Source of the DNA: a virus
Virus record (IMG/VR): IMGVR_UViG_3300025030_000090
Coordinates: 4,754 to 68,753 of that record
Strand: one strand, 5' to 3'
DNA: 64,000 nt
In this document: piece after piece, positions 46,585 through 56,853 of the stretch
Numbering within the stretch: position 1 is the first letter of the stretch
Layout of the letters: every line of letters starts with the position of its first letter
Made by a program: the position numbers and the translations under genes
Notes under the pieces: model-generated
Seen by the model: the letters and a program-made list of their open reading frames with translations, nothing else
What the model was told of the DNA's origin: nothing
Database searches by the model: none

Positions 46585-47179
46585 TCTCTACAATTTGGTC
46601 TACAATACCATAATCTACTGCTTCTTTCGGAGAAAGCCAAAATTCTCTATCAATGTCTTTGTCAAGCTGTTTTCTATCTCTAGTGATCCCATTATTCATC
46701 AAAATGCCTATATATCTTTCCTCAAGGCGCTCTATTTCTTTTTGCTGTTTCTTGAGCTCTTTTACATCACCTTCTGTTCCGCCAGAGATTAAATGCATCA
46801 TCACCCTGCCATTCGGAATGATAAATCTCTTTCCTTTTTGTCCTGCTGATAGAATGGCCACAGCAGCAGAGCAAGCAAAAAGCCCAACAGTATAAACAGG
46901 AGAGCGAAGCATCTTTATGGTATCGTGGAGAGCAAAGCAGTCATCTAGCTCTCCCCCACCACTGTCTATTATAAGAGTAATAGGCTCATCAGAAATAGTG
47001 TCCAAAGCAAGCATATGGTCTCTGGCAACCCAACTTGCAAACTGATCTTGTCGCATAGGGAAGCCCGTCATTACAGAGTAAAAGAAAATAGTTCTTTTTT
47101 GTTCCAAGAAATATTCATAAATAGAAGCATAGTACTTGTTGTCTTGAGTTCCCTTTGGCCGCTGAATCATCTTCATCAT
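46556..47179 (-). CDS. clpP: ClpP-family protease subunit
   Basis: IDSGGG, ACSAA (Ser), MMH (His), DREFWLSPKEAVDYGIVDQI. Confidence 0.9.
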   Translation of the reverse strand: MMKMIQRPKGTQDNKYYASIYEYFLEQKRTIFFYSVMTGFPMRQDQFASWVARDHMLALDTISDEPITLIIDSGGGELDDCFALHDTIKMLRSPVYTVGLFACSAAVAILSAGQKGKRFIIPNGRVMMHLISGGTEGDVKELKKQQKEIERLEERYIGILMNNGITRDRKQLDKDIDREFWLSPKEAVDYGIVDQIVESDWQKTIWG

Positions 47180-47180
47180 C

Positions 47181-47513
47181 TTACTTTACTCCTAGATTCA
47201 ATTCTTTCTTCAGGTCATCTGCAAACATCGAAACAGCATTCGAAAATGCCGTTAAATCTTGTTGATTCGTGAGTGGAATAGAAGAAATTGTGTTGATTCT
47301 TGTCGCCAAATCATCTACAATGCTTGCATTTCTACCATCCATCATTTCATTTCTGGAAGCATATATTGTTTTTTCCATCAGTCTTTTCCATTTCACCAAT
47401 CTCTCATCATCCACAGGAGAACTTTCCGCAAGAGTCAAAATACTACCAACGAAATGAGAGAATGCCTTCATTGTTTCAGTTGCTTGTATAGCCTGAGCAT
47501 TGTCTTCTACCAT
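47181..47513 (-). CDS. hypothetical protein
   Basis: ORF. Confidence 0.6.
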   Translation of the reverse strand: MVEDNAQAIQATETMKAFSHFVGSILTLAESSPVDDERLVKWKRLMEKTIYASRNEMMDGRNASIVDDLATRINTISSIPLTNQQDLTAFSNAVSMFADDLKKELNLGVK

Positions 47514-47514
47514 T

Positions 47515-47916
47515 CTATCTTCCTCCCAAATTCCTTTTCAATATGCTAAAAAAACTTCCAAAAGCTGATACCGTTGCACTGGTAAGAAAAAATTTCCCTG
47601 GTCTGGCCTTGATTTTGTCAATTACTCTGAATCCTACTCCTGGAATGAAAATTAGCCTTTTATTTACGTATTTCCTCCCATTCTTTGTTGTCTGAGTTCC
47701 TGTTATAGGAATGTCTTTTTCGACGCCGAATTCTTGAGTTGCGCTATATGGTTCTTCAAATCCAGTCTCAGAATATCCAAGATGATGTTTTGTGTAAGCA
47801 CTTTCTCTCAATGCTCCAGTTTTTATGGGTGCGAGAAGCTGCGCTTGTTGATATGTTTCTTCAACAACATCTCTGATACTTTTTTCGATTCCTTGGAGAA
47901 TTTCTTTTCGAATCAT
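47515..47916 (-). CDS. HK97 gp10-like tail/head-completion protein
   Basis: APIKTGALRES, PYSATQEFG, FFLTSA. Confidence 0.65.
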   Translation of the reverse strand: MIRKEILQGIEKSIRDVVEETYQQAQLLAPIKTGALRESAYTKHHLGYSETGFEEPYSATQEFGVEKDIPITGTQTTKNGRKYVNKRLIFIPGVGFRVIDKIKARPGKFFLTSATVSAFGSFFSILKRNLGGR

Positions 47917-47996
47917 ATTTCTCTAGGATACCACTTATTTACCTCTTCTTCAGAGCATTTTCTACCTTTGTTCCAAGGAATATGTATTTCTTTCAT
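47913..47996 (-). pseudogene. NUMOD3-like homing endonuclease remnant
   Basis: MKEIHIPWNKGRKCSEEE resembles HIPWNKGRPWSSEER in the RNR intein. Confidence 0.5.
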
Positions 47997-48005
47997 AACT
48001 ACATT

Positions 48006-49196
48006 TTATTCCAAATAAATTAAATCCATAGATGTAAGTCTGTCTTTGTGAACAGAAAATGACCACTGCTCAGCAGGACAAGCAAAACCCATTTTTTTGT
48101 GGGAATACTCATCGCCTGTAAGAAAAGAACCATTCATGAATATGTTGACATCATTGAACGTTAAATATGTAGGAGTGTGGAAGTGTCCCATACACACATA
48201 AGAAAATGGGTTGGAAAATAATTTGGCAACAATATCTTCCTTTCTTACTTTTCCTTCTTGAAAATTTCCTAACATTTCACAAATATCGTTCTTTGATAAT
48301 CCTATGGAATTCTTCCAACGCAAACTTCTAGTTGTTACCCCATAGAAGGGCAAAGAATTTGTACAAGGAATACTGTCTCCATGTGTGAGTAAGAAATTAT
48401 GCCCCATAACATCAACTATTTTGTAAAAACTATCTCTTTGGCAGTCAAATTCTATATTTTTGTAATTTGACAACCAAGCTTGGGTCAGTTGATATGCGAA
48501 TAAATCCCAATTCGTCCCGTACGAAGACTCTTTCCCTGCGGGCCAACCATGGTTCCCTTCAATCCCATGAACGATGATTTTTTCATAATGTGGACTTAAA
48601 TTCAAAAGAGCTTCGCAAAATTCTGGTACAAAAACTTCAGAAATTTGCCAATGGGCAGGCCCCTCGAACTCCTCTAAATTGATTTGTTTTGCTATACGTT
48701 CTCCGTGAACCATGTCTCCTAGACAAAAAACATGTAATGTTTTTATTTCATGGAAGTTACGTCGTAAGTCTCCTATTCTGATAACTTTATTTGTCATTTG
48801 ATTCATTCTATTTTTGAATACCAAACTATTGTAAGAGCTTGTCTTTATTCCAACCTGAGTATCTGAGAAAAGCAAAACTTGGGCTTCTTCGCTATTATGC
48901 GATTCTTGTTTGATCGGATGAATGTTTAGGTTAGGAATCGCATTGATCTTTTCACTCAATATTCTTTCTAGTATTTTTTCTTCATTTTTTATATCAGACA
49001 GAGTATTGAGGAAATTGGATCCGCTTTTTGCTGTAAACCCCCTAAAATTTCGCCCTAGATATTCGGGCTTTGAGTATCCCAGTCTACAAGCCATCTCTTT
49101 TCGTTCTTCTAAAGAACCATTTAGCCATTCTTTTGCCAAGATGTTCCATTCATCAGTACCACGTTCAGGGATTAATCTACTACCCAATTTGTACAT
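48006..49196 (-). CDS. calcineurin-like metallophosphoesterase
   Basis: FSDTQVG, LGDMVHG, EGNHG, THGD, MGHFH. Confidence 0.85.
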   Translation of the reverse strand: MYKLGSRLIPERGTDEWNILAKEWLNGSLEERKEMACRLGYSKPEYLGRNFRGFTAKSGSNFLNTLSDIKNEEKILERILSEKINAIPNLNIHPIKQESHNSEEAQVLLFSDTQVGIKTSSYNSLVFKNRMNQMTNKVIRIGDLRRNFHEIKTLHVFCLGDMVHGERIAKQINLEEFEGPAHWQISEVFVPEFCEALLNLSPHYEKIIVHGIEGNHGWPAGKESSYGTNWDLFAYQLTQAWLSNYKNIEFDCQRDSFYKIVDVMGHNFLLTHGDSIPCTNSLPFYGVTTRSLRWKNSIGLSKNDICEMLGNFQEGKVRKEDIVAKLFSNPFSYVCMGHFHTPTYLTFNDVNIFMNGSFLTGDEYSHKKMGFACPAEQWSFSVHKDRLTSMDLIYLE

Positions 49197-49204
49197 TACT
49201 CCTT

Positions 49205-50095
49205 TTATTCATCTTCTATGCCCAAATCCATTGTCTTAAAAAATCCAGGAACTCCTTTCCATCTATTTGTTTTGTTTTCGACCTCATTCATAGAATTACT
49301 TCTAGAGATCCCGCACTTTTGATTGTAAAAATCATGTTGAATTCCTACTGGTTTTCCGAAGTCTTGAGATTGGTGTTGCCACATAAATAGAATTTCGGGC
49401 CACGCCATCGGGTTTTGGTTGTTTCTCCATATTGAGATGTATTTGGAAGTAGGAGAAGGAAAATTGTTCCAAAAATAATCATATTTGTATCTATCTGGAT
49501 CCAAAGACCAAGCAATCAATTTTCCAGCGGTCGAAAAAGATCCTACTTCTGTTCTTGTTATAAGCTGCAATCTATTTCGCACTTTCTCCAAATAGTCAAC
49601 AATTTCATTCTCAAGTTGCTCTTTATTCAGTGTATTATTGATATTATATGAGTTTGCAATGATTTTTTGTATCCTATTGAGTACTTCTTTTCGTAGTTCT
49701 TGGAATTTTGGCTCCATTCTATTGGGATCATTCACCATTATTTCTAATCTTTGTTCAAAATCTTCCATATTTGGCTTTGCATTTGATTCTGCCAGCCCAG
49801 CATAAAATCCCCTACGAAGAAGCTCTTTATCTGTTTCTTCCACGCCTTCATACATTCTTCTTCGCCAAGCATCAATGGCATTTTCCAGCTTCTGGGAAAC
49901 TTCATATTGAAACTGGCTTTCATCTACTTCCTTCAGAGCATTCCACAATCTTTTTTGCAGTCCAGAATACAGCCTCTGCTCTATTTGTTTTCCAAGGACT
50001 TTTGTGCCTTTAGGAAATTGTCCCGTCAGGATCAAACCAGATTTTTGGATAGAAGAATCAATAGCATCATAGAAACTGTCAGAAGAAAAATCCAT
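49205..50095 (-). CDS. MuF/gp7-like head morphogenesis protein
   Basis: position after portal; RLQLITRTEV motif. Confidence 0.55.
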   Translation of the reverse strand: MDFSSDSFYDAIDSSIQKSGLILTGQFPKGTKVLGKQIEQRLYSGLQKRLWNALKEVDESQFQYEVSQKLENAIDAWRRRMYEGVEETDKELLRRGFYAGLAESNAKPNMEDFEQRLEIMVNDPNRMEPKFQELRKEVLNRIQKIIANSYNINNTLNKEQLENEIVDYLEKVRNRLQLITRTEVGSFSTAGKLIAWSLDPDRYKYDYFWNNFPSPTSKYISIWRNNQNPMAWPEILFMWQHQSQDFGKPVGIQHDFYNQKCGISRSNSMNEVENKTNRWKGVPGFFKTMDLGIEDE

Positions 50096-50098
50096 TTT

Positions 50099-50323
50099 TT
50101 AGGACTCTTTTTCTGTTTTCTTTCTAGATGAATGTAACCAATTGGCGTTTTTGTCATCTCCGTCCACATCAATTACAATAGGCTTTTGCAACCTTTCTTT
50201 TAGCAATTGATTAAGTTGGCTAATTTTGCTTTTCTTTTTCTTTTCTTTTGTGCTTTCTGGTCCAAAAGTTGGAGAAAAAGTTGAAGCTCCTGTTCCTAAA
50301 GATTCTTTCTTAATGTTTTTCAT
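50099..50323 (-). CDS. hypothetical protein
   Basis: FSPTFG, DDKNANWL. Confidence 0.55.
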   Translation of the reverse strand: MKNIKKESLGTGASTFSPTFGPESTKEKKKKSKISQLNQLLKERLQKPIVIDVDGDDKNANWLHSSRKKTEKES

Positions 50324-50324
50324 G

Positions 50325-50573
50325 TTATGTATTCACATAAATTATATCTGTTACGTCTGGAGAATATGTAGTAGTAGTTATAGAGACCAGAGAGTCCAAA
50401 AGAAATCGTTTGTCAATAACTTTGTTGCAAAACAAACAAACCAATACTTCCCCGTTATAATGTCCTGGGGCCCATTCGCTTATCATCCAACTAGATTTTT
50501 CATGTTTGCAGTGTTTTTGCAGCCAAGAAACTCTCTTATCAAATTCATCTTTCAATTCATTAAAGCTCTTCAT
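50325..50573 (-). CDS. hypothetical protein
   Basis: CKH...CLFC. Confidence 0.5.
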   Translation of the reverse strand: MKSFNELKDEFDKRVSWLQKHCKHEKSSWMISEWAPGHYNGEVLVCLFCNKVIDKRFLLDSLVSITTTTYSPDVTDIIYVNT

Positions 50574-50736
50574 CGTCTTCTCCTAATTGTGATGGAAACC
50601 ATAGGTAGTTAGCAAAGAAAGGGGCTGTTCATTCAAAATTTCACCACAATCTTTGCAAATTTGTACTTGAAATATTACAACCTTGTCTTGTTTAAGACCC
50701 ATTGCACTAAAAAGTTTTTTGTGGTTGCATTCATTT

Positions 50737-53184
50737 TCAAGCTTCATCTTCATCATCTTCTCCTATTGGTGCGGAAACAAAAGTGTCGCTATCTTGCGCA
50801 ATTTTCTGAGCAACATGTCCTTTTTTGTCTGGGTTCTTTAGTGGTTTTTGGTCTACTCGCAACAGTTTTCCATCTGGAGGAGTAAATTTTGCCAAGTATC
50901 TTTCTCCATTGCTCATGAATTCAAAATTTACCATTCCCCTTTCTGTGATTTCAAATCTACCCATTTGTTCCACGCAATACCCAGCTTTGTGTAGCTGGCC
51001 TATCCACATTTTATCTTGTGCAGCTGCAAAAGGGTTTTCTTCTTGTGTGCCACCAAATGCTTCATTTCCTGCTTCTGAAGGTGGTTCTCCTTGATTGGGG
51101 ATTCCTCCATCTCCTTCTTCAGAAGCTCCCCCTTCATCACCACCAGGTTCTTGTCCTGGTATTCCGCCACCTAATCCTCCACTAGGAGGAAATCCGCCCA
51201 TTCCACCAAATGCTTGTGGCTTATTGGGCTTTCCAGAAACTTTGAACTGAACATCATCTATTACATCAGAATCACTCATCAGAACAACATCAAATCCCAT
51301 TTGGTTTAGCATATTTGCAGCAGAAATTCTTTGCTGCATAAATGTAAGTCTAGTTTGCTCTGCTTTTTCTTCTGGTTGCTTCATAACAAGCTTCCAGTCT
51401 GTTATGCCAAATGCTTTGCAGATAAAGGGAAATAGTTTTTCGTTGAGAATTCTTTGGTCTTTTTCTACGACACGAGAGGTAACTACTAACTGTTGAGTCT
51501 GTGTAGAAAGTCCACCAGAGGATTCTAGAGAACCTTGCCATAATGGGGAAACTCCCCACATGGCGGCAATTCTTTCTCTGATGTCTGTTTTTTGCTGTGT
51601 AAATTCATATTCTGCAAGAGTAGGAAACAACTTTACAAACTCTGTTCTTCCTCTTGTTCCTTGTCTTGCAGAAACTCCTACCCAAGGAATATCATCAGGG
51701 TTTTCTTTTGCCATTCTTTGGGCATTCAATTTTTCTCTGCGAAGACCTTCTACATCATCTGTATGAACCATCAAGATAGCAGGAGGAGTTTTACGCTCAA
51801 AAAAGTGACGAAAAAGCGTGTTTCCAGACCATACAGTTTTCCCATTTCTTCTTACACACAGAAGAGTGTTCGGTACTTCTACACAATATACAATGCCGTT
51901 GTAGTTTTCCCATCTATCTTCCGGATATTCTTTGTTTGCGTTAGAAAGTCTCTTTAATGGTCTTCCTTTTGAACTGGCCCGCAAATACTTAACTGGCTTT
52001 CCTATGATATTTTGTGCTTCTTCGATATGAAATGTTTTTCCCCCGTCATCACTGATATACATTCTGTGGTGCGGGGTAACTAATAAATCTACATTTTTAG
52101 TTTCTATGTGATACATTTTTCCGATATGAAAAAATTTCTGAACATTTGTTGGTTTTTGATACTCTACAATATGCTGCTTGTTTAATGTGGCATACTCGTC
52201 ATCTGAATTTGTATCTTTGAAAAATTTCCATCCATTTTTAGTTAAAACTTCTGTTTGGCCATCATAACATTTGTCCATCCCAGTTAAAGCTAGAGTCTTC
52301 TCAAATACAGTAAGTATAGGGCTGAAACCGTAAAGTTCACCTGGATAAAACTTGCTAACTTTGCAAACTTCTGCACCAGAAAGATATAGAATGCTTCCTC
52401 TGTTGTCAAACTTAAACATTGCAGGTTCTAGTTCAAGTCCGCAAGGTTGTCCTTCTACATCAACGGTGCATTTTCCTGGACTTGAGAGAACTAATTGTTG
52501 TCCAGAATCACTCATTCTGTGAATATAACAGAACCAATGATTTGCTTTAGGAATTCCTTCTCCATTCAAGTCCCACTCAATAGAAGCAGGATGAATTCTT
52601 CTGATTTCTAGAGGTTTAGAAACAATAGCATCTTCATTGTTTTTGTATCTTTTGATGACATAAAGGAAGCCATCATCTACCATATTGATGTCTACAAATA
52701 TTTGTCGCAGTACTTCCTCTAGAGATTGGTCAAATGCATTTGCGTCATTTTGGAATGTTTTGATTTGCTTTAGCTGTGATTCATCTGGTTCTTTCAAATC
52801 TTCTGAATCACATTCTGGGCACTTGTCTGATTTCCTTTCTAATTCTTGGCCGCATTGATTGCATTTTTGTGCAAATGCAGGAAGAATCTCAAAACCCTTT
52901 CGAAACACTTCATTTACAAGGACATTTATTGGCCCTGCAAGTTCAGCAACATTGCTTGCCAATTGTATAAGGTCAAGAATCATCCTCTTTCGGTATGCGG
53001 ATTGCTGCCGAACCCAGGAATTGACAACATAATCCATCCCGAAAGATGGCGAAGATGCAGTTTGTCCTGTAACACCAGAACCTACTGCCTTTGATAGATA
53101 ATCAAATTGTTGGAGTTTCTGGGACATATCCCAATTTTGCTTTATTGCATTATGTGCTTCAGGAATATACTTGGAAAGTTTCAT
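50737..53184 (-). CDS. portal protein (intein-containing)
   Basis: after terminase; YGFSPI, PPAIL, RERIAAMWGVSP; Gly/Glu-rich tail. Confidence 0.85.
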   Translation of the reverse strand: MKLSKYIPEAHNAIKQNWDMSQKLQQFDYLSKAVGSGVTGQTASSPSFGMDYVVNSWVRQQSAYRKRMILDLIQLASNVAELAGPINVLVNEVFRKGFEILPAFAQKCNQCGQELERKSDKCPECDSEDLKEPDESQLKQIKTFQNDANAFDQSLEEVLRQIFVDINMVDDGFLYVIKRYKNNEDAIVSKPLEIRRIHPASIEWDLNGEGIPKANHWFCYIHRMSDSGQQLVLSSPGKCTVDVEGQPCGLELEPAMFKFDNRGSILYLSGAEVCKVSKFYPGELYGFSPILTVFEKTLALTGMDKCYDGQTEVLTKNGWKFFKDTNSDDEYATLNKQHIVEYQKPTNVQKFFHIGKMYHIETKNVDLLVTPHHRMYISDDGGKTFHIEEAQNIIGKPVKYLRASSKGRPLKRLSNANKEYPEDRWENYNGIVYCVEVPNTLLCVRRNGKTVWSGNTLFRHFFERKTPPAILMVHTDDVEGLRREKLNAQRMAKENPDDIPWVGVSARQGTRGRTEFVKLFPTLAEYEFTQQKTDIRERIAAMWGVSPLWQGSLESSGGLSTQTQQLVVTSRVVEKDQRILNEKLFPFICKAFGITDWKLVMKQPEEKAEQTRLTFMQQRISAANMLNQMGFDVVLMSDSDVIDDVQFKVSGKPNKPQAFGGMGGFPPSGGLGGGIPGQEPGGDEGGASEEGDGGIPNQGEPPSEAGNEAFGGTQEENPFAAAQDKMWIGQLHKAGYCVEQMGRFEITERGMVNFEFMSNGERYLAKFTPPDGKLLRVDQKPLKNPDKKGHVAQKIAQDSDTFVSAPIGEDDEDEA
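51820..52269 (-). mobile_element. 150-aa mini-intein in portal
   Basis: CYDGQTEVLT, LLVTPHH (block B), VYCVEVPN...SGN|T; no endonuclease. Confidence 0.9.
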
Positions 53185-53192
53185 TGTTTGTC

Positions 53193-53414
53193 TTATTGTT
53201 CTTTGCTAAAGTTTGCATTAGAAGTTGAATCCCAACTAAAAATAGGTGGAATGACCCATATGTTTGGAGGATCTGGAATCCATGGAGTTTCACGAATAGG
53301 ATTTGGGAAATATGAAGGTGGATTCCAAACAGGATCATTAACTTCCTTCATTCTGTCATGTTTTATCAATTCTTCTCTGATGATTTCTCTCAGACGTTCT
53401 TCTGATATTTCCAT
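53193..53414 (-). CDS. Pro/Trp-rich hypothetical protein
   Basis: AGGAGG RBS. Confidence 0.55.
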   Translation of the reverse strand: MEISEERLREIIREELIKHDRMKEVNDPVWNPPSYFPNPIRETPWIPDPPNIWVIPPIFSWDSTSNANFSKEQ

Positions 53415-53438
53415 CTTTTCCTCCTGGGGATTATAAAG

Positions 53439-53885
53439 TTACTTGTTGACTTCTGCCATCCCTGCAAGTTTCAAAACAGTTTCCATCGCTTGTTTTCTGG
53501 TGTGATATTGCTCTGTAAAAATAGGAGTAGATTCTTTTTCTCTTAACTGCTGCTCTAATTCTGCAATTCTTTTTTCCATTAACATGATTTTTCCTGTTGC
53601 AGCTGCTTCTGCTTCCCCATTTTTCGGATCAGGAATAGATGCTATATACCTTTGTGCAATGCCAATTCTTTTTGCTTCGTTTATCAAAGCAGTAAAAGCC
53701 ATATCTGGAATTAGAGTTATCGCAGGAGAGGAATCGGGAATTTCATCGTTTTCTATGTCCCCGTATTTAAGCAGATCTTCATGCCATCTGTCGCATATTC
53801 TCCACAGCCCTGTTTCTTGTGTATATACAGCAGCATATCTTTCTAGCTTATCCTTGAATAATCCTGTTATTGAGCTTTCAGGCAC
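53439..53885 (-). CDS. hypothetical protein between terminase and portal
   Basis: GGAGG RBS, GTG start. Confidence 0.65.
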   Translation of the reverse strand: MPESSITGLFKDKLERYAAVYTQETGLWRICDRWHEDLLKYGDIENDEIPDSSPAITLIPDMAFTALINEAKRIGIAQRYIASIPDPKNGEAEAAATGKIMLMEKRIAELEQQLREKESTPIFTEQYHTRKQAMETVLKLAGMAEVNK

Positions 53886-54040
53886 TTGTTACCTCCGTTA
53901 CTATTTCATATCTGTTTCTATCTTGAATCAATTCTTTCCAAGATTTTATATCTTGTGAAAAGGCATAAAAAATTCTTTTCTTACTGTCTTCTTCCGTAAA
54001 ATTTATTCTGGGAAAAATCAAATATTTCACTTTTTCCAAT

Positions 54041-55699
54041 CTATCTCCTCCATCTTTCTATCCTGTTTAATGCATCAGCCAAAGAACTTTTCAGCCTAAT
54101 TGGTTGTCCTTCTTTATCATAATCTGTCCCACAGTTAAAGCACCTAAAGATTTCATTTTCCATTATTAAACAAGACTTTAAGCCACATCTGGGACAATTT
54201 GTATATACTTCTTTTCTATCAAATCCTGTAAGTCTACCTTCTATTATAGGGTCTCTAGCGTCATTATTTTCAAAAAGTGAGCCTACTGTGCCAATTGTTT
54301 CGGTAGAAGAAACGGGATCCATAAAGCATAAAGCAAGAGAGTCCGCTCTGTCTGGGCTTCTGCCTATTCTTTCTTTGATCTCTTCCTTACTTTCTATCTG
54401 TATTTTCCCAGAAGAATTAAACTTGTATTTGATTTTAGAAAGCTCATCTGCTAATATTGTATCATCTGGGATTGAAATTTGACCATTTCTGAAAAGTTCT
54501 CGCAAATGCCAATACATTTCTGCTCGGATATTGATAAAAGTATCTGATCTATTGGCTCTCTCTCCAAAATTTATTCCTTTGACGTTGTATCCTTGTTCTT
54601 TCAGTCTGTCTACAGAACCTGCCCCCATTGCCCCTTCATCAATATTGGAAACTCCGATATTCAAATCTTTCATCATCAATCCCAGTCTTCTTGCGGCATA
54701 CATGGTATCCTGTTTACTCCAAGCAATAATTCCTTCCGTTTTTCCACCATCTCTTACAGTAGCAATAGTTTCATCACTCCCGAATCTAGAAATATCGAGC
54801 CCAATGACTCTGTCACCATTTGGTTCTATGTCTCTATTGATGGCATTTTCTATCCATGTAAGCGAAATAAGAGAGTCCTCAGCTTGATCTGGAAAATTTC
54901 CTAAAATTCTAACTTGATACAATGGGCTATCTTCGCCCCATTCTTTCTTTTTGTCTTCAACCCATTGTTTTGAAACAAGATAAGGAAGAACAACTTTCCC
55001 TGTCTTTAGATTTGGAGTATCAAAAGCAGAAATGTGTATTTTGTTATACGGAGAAGCAGATTTGAAAGAATCTCCAAAAACAGAGGCTTTGTCTATTGGG
55101 TTTCCGATAAGGAGAAGTTTTGCATTTCCAGAAGATAAAAGACCTTCAATTCCTTCAAAGATATTTTTAGAAATACCAGAAGCCTCGTCAGCAATGATTA
55201 GAATATTTTCATTGTGGAAACCCTGGAATCTATCTGAAGAGTATTCTCTTGCGGTAAAACCCATTGCGAACCATTTTTCAGTGTTGCTCATAGTTAAGTT
55301 TTGTGTAAGCAATCTTCCGCCAATAGGTTCTTTGGAATTATGGTATATGGAGGCTATTTCCTGCCACAAAACCCCTTTAACCTGTCTATCAGTAGGTGCT
55401 GTTGTAATTACAGTCGAAGGACGAAATGATTTCAAAAACCACAATACAGTGCAAGCAGCAATGAAAGATTTGCCTATTGAGTGACAACTTCTTACTGTGG
55501 TTCTGCTATTGTCTTTGACGCTGTTCATAATTTCTTTTTGCTTGTCCCAGATTGTTACACCTAGAACTTCTTCGCAAAAAAGAACAGGATTTTCTCTGTA
55601 TTTCTCCATTAGTTTTTCTGATAGTGTTTCTTTCGAATCTTCTTCTATCATTCTAGCCAATTGAGAAATTGCTTCTGGTATAGAAAAATCTTTAGGCAT
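54041..55699 (-). CDS. terL: terminase large subunit
   Basis: SCHSIGKS, IADEASG, IGNP, GLDISRFGSDET, SPDRADSLAL. Confidence 0.93.
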   Translation of the reverse strand: MPKDFSIPEAISQLARMIEEDSKETLSEKLMEKYRENPVLFCEEVLGVTIWDKQKEIMNSVKDNSRTTVRSCHSIGKSFIAACTVLWFLKSFRPSTVITTAPTDRQVKGVLWQEIASIYHNSKEPIGGRLLTQNLTMSNTEKWFAMGFTAREYSSDRFQGFHNENILIIADEASGISKNIFEGIEGLLSSGNAKLLLIGNPIDKASVFGDSFKSASPYNKIHISAFDTPNLKTGKVVLPYLVSKQWVEDKKKEWGEDSPLYQVRILGNFPDQAEDSLISLTWIENAINRDIEPNGDRVIGLDISRFGSDETIATVRDGGKTEGIIAWSKQDTMYAARRLGLMMKDLNIGVSNIDEGAMGAGSVDRLKEQGYNVKGINFGERANRSDTFINIRAEMYWHLRELFRNGQISIPDDTILADELSKIKYKFNSSGKIQIESKEEIKERIGRSPDRADSLALCFMDPVSSTETIGTVGSLFENNDARDPIIEGRLTGFDRKEVYTNCPRCGLKSCLIMENEIFRCFNCGTDYDKEGQPIRLKSSLADALNRIERWRR

Positions 55700-55701
55700 A
55701 A

Positions 55702-55953
55702 TTATTTAGCCTTGAATCCATTTGTTTCTTTATCAAATACTATTACTTTGCAGGGAGGCCTTTTAGCAAATTCTTGTTTGAAAAATAGTCTGACTTCTGG
55801 AGAAACATCATCTAAATTTTCCTCTTCTCTTTTTCCTGTGGTTTTTATCCTGTGATAGTGATTTCCCTTGCTGCAATATAAGTACATCCAATCTTTATGA
55901 ACACCAAATGTCCAGTCCCAAATACATTTGTGTTTCTTTAATTTTTTAGACAT
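55702..55953 (-). CDS. hypothetical protein
   Basis: ORF. Confidence 0.5.
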   Translation of the reverse strand: MSKKLKKHKCIWDWTFGVHKDWMYLYCSKGNHYHRIKTTGKREEENLDDVSPEVRLFFKQEFAKRPPCKVIVFDKETNGFKAK

Positions 55954-55975
55954 ACTTTCCTATTTCAACTTATTT

Positions 55976-56194
55976 TTAGCCTTGATACAATTTATCTTCA
56001 CAATCACACCCTAAATACTCATCTATCATCTTTTCAAATTTATCATCTTCAACATAGAAAATGTCCATGCTTTTTGCTATGTCAAACCCAACATTAGAAG
56101 TAAGTTGACAAAACCTTAAATCTGGATGTTGAATCCAGAACGCCTCAAATTTTTTTATTATCCTAGAAATTCTATTAGGATCTCTCATTGACAT
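55976..56194 (-). CDS. conserved phage protein (MRDPxRI..W..PDLRxxQ)
   Basis: motif plus DIFYVED. Confidence 0.7.
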   Translation of the reverse strand: MSMRDPNRISRIIKKFEAFWIQHPDLRFCQLTSNVGFDIAKSMDIFYVEDDKFEKMIDEYLGCDCEDKLYQG

Positions 56195-56468
56195 CCGTTA
56201 TTGAAAGAATGCAATACCCATCAGGAAGTCCGAAATAAGGACTTTCAAGAATGTATGTTACCCTTTTTGCTATCATTCCTCCAGTATATTTTTCTGTTTT
56301 CGGGTCAAATTCTTGTAGAATTAAAACATCGCCTACTTTGAAATCCCTATCATTCTTTCGGTACTCAAATTTTTTGGTTCCGTCACAAACTGCCTTGAAA
56401 TATTCTGGCCAAGTCTTAAGATCAATTATTTTGTTCAACTTTTTCCTCCGAAGGCTTTTCAAGGCCAT
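56175..56468 (-). CDS. DUF3850/ASCH-like protein
   Basis: LKTWPEYF.AV..G.KKFEYRKNDRDFKVGD.L.L.E. Confidence 0.85.
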   Translation of the reverse strand: MALKSLRRKKLNKIIDLKTWPEYFKAVCDGTKKFEYRKNDRDFKVGDVLILQEFDPKTEKYTGGMIAKRVTYILESPYFGLPDGYCILSITDVNERS

Positions 56469-56853
56469 TAAGAAAATACCAATCTCTCATTACCACATCT
56501 CCGCATTCTTGGCATGTTTCTATTGACACTTTCATAAAAACTCCAGAAGAAGTTTCTTGTAATTCTTCAGATTGAATTTTTGTAGTTGTCTTCATGCATT
56601 TTGAGCATAATGTATTTGTTGTTTCTTCTTGCTGACAATATTCTGGACATCCTGCGCAATCAGTACAATATTGTTGCCATAATTTCTCTGAACATTCTTC
56701 ACTACAAAGATAGCATTCAAAGTTTATTTCAACAAAATTTGTAAATTCCTTACAGATAAAGCAAGATCCTTCATCTGGAGAAACCATTATGTTGTTCTCT
56801 ACCATTCCCAAAGGGGGAACTTTTGAATAGTAATGTTTTTCTCTGTATTTCAT
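56422..56853 (-). CDS. Cys-rich hypothetical protein
   Basis: multiple CxxC. Confidence 0.55.
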   Translation of the reverse strand: MKYREKHYYSKVPPLGMVENNIMVSPDEGSCFICKEFTNFVEINFECYLCSEECSEKLWQQYCTDCAGCPEYCQQEETTNTLCSKCMKTTTKIQSEELQETSSGVFMKVSIETCQECGDVVMRDWYFLNGLEKPSEEKVEQNN

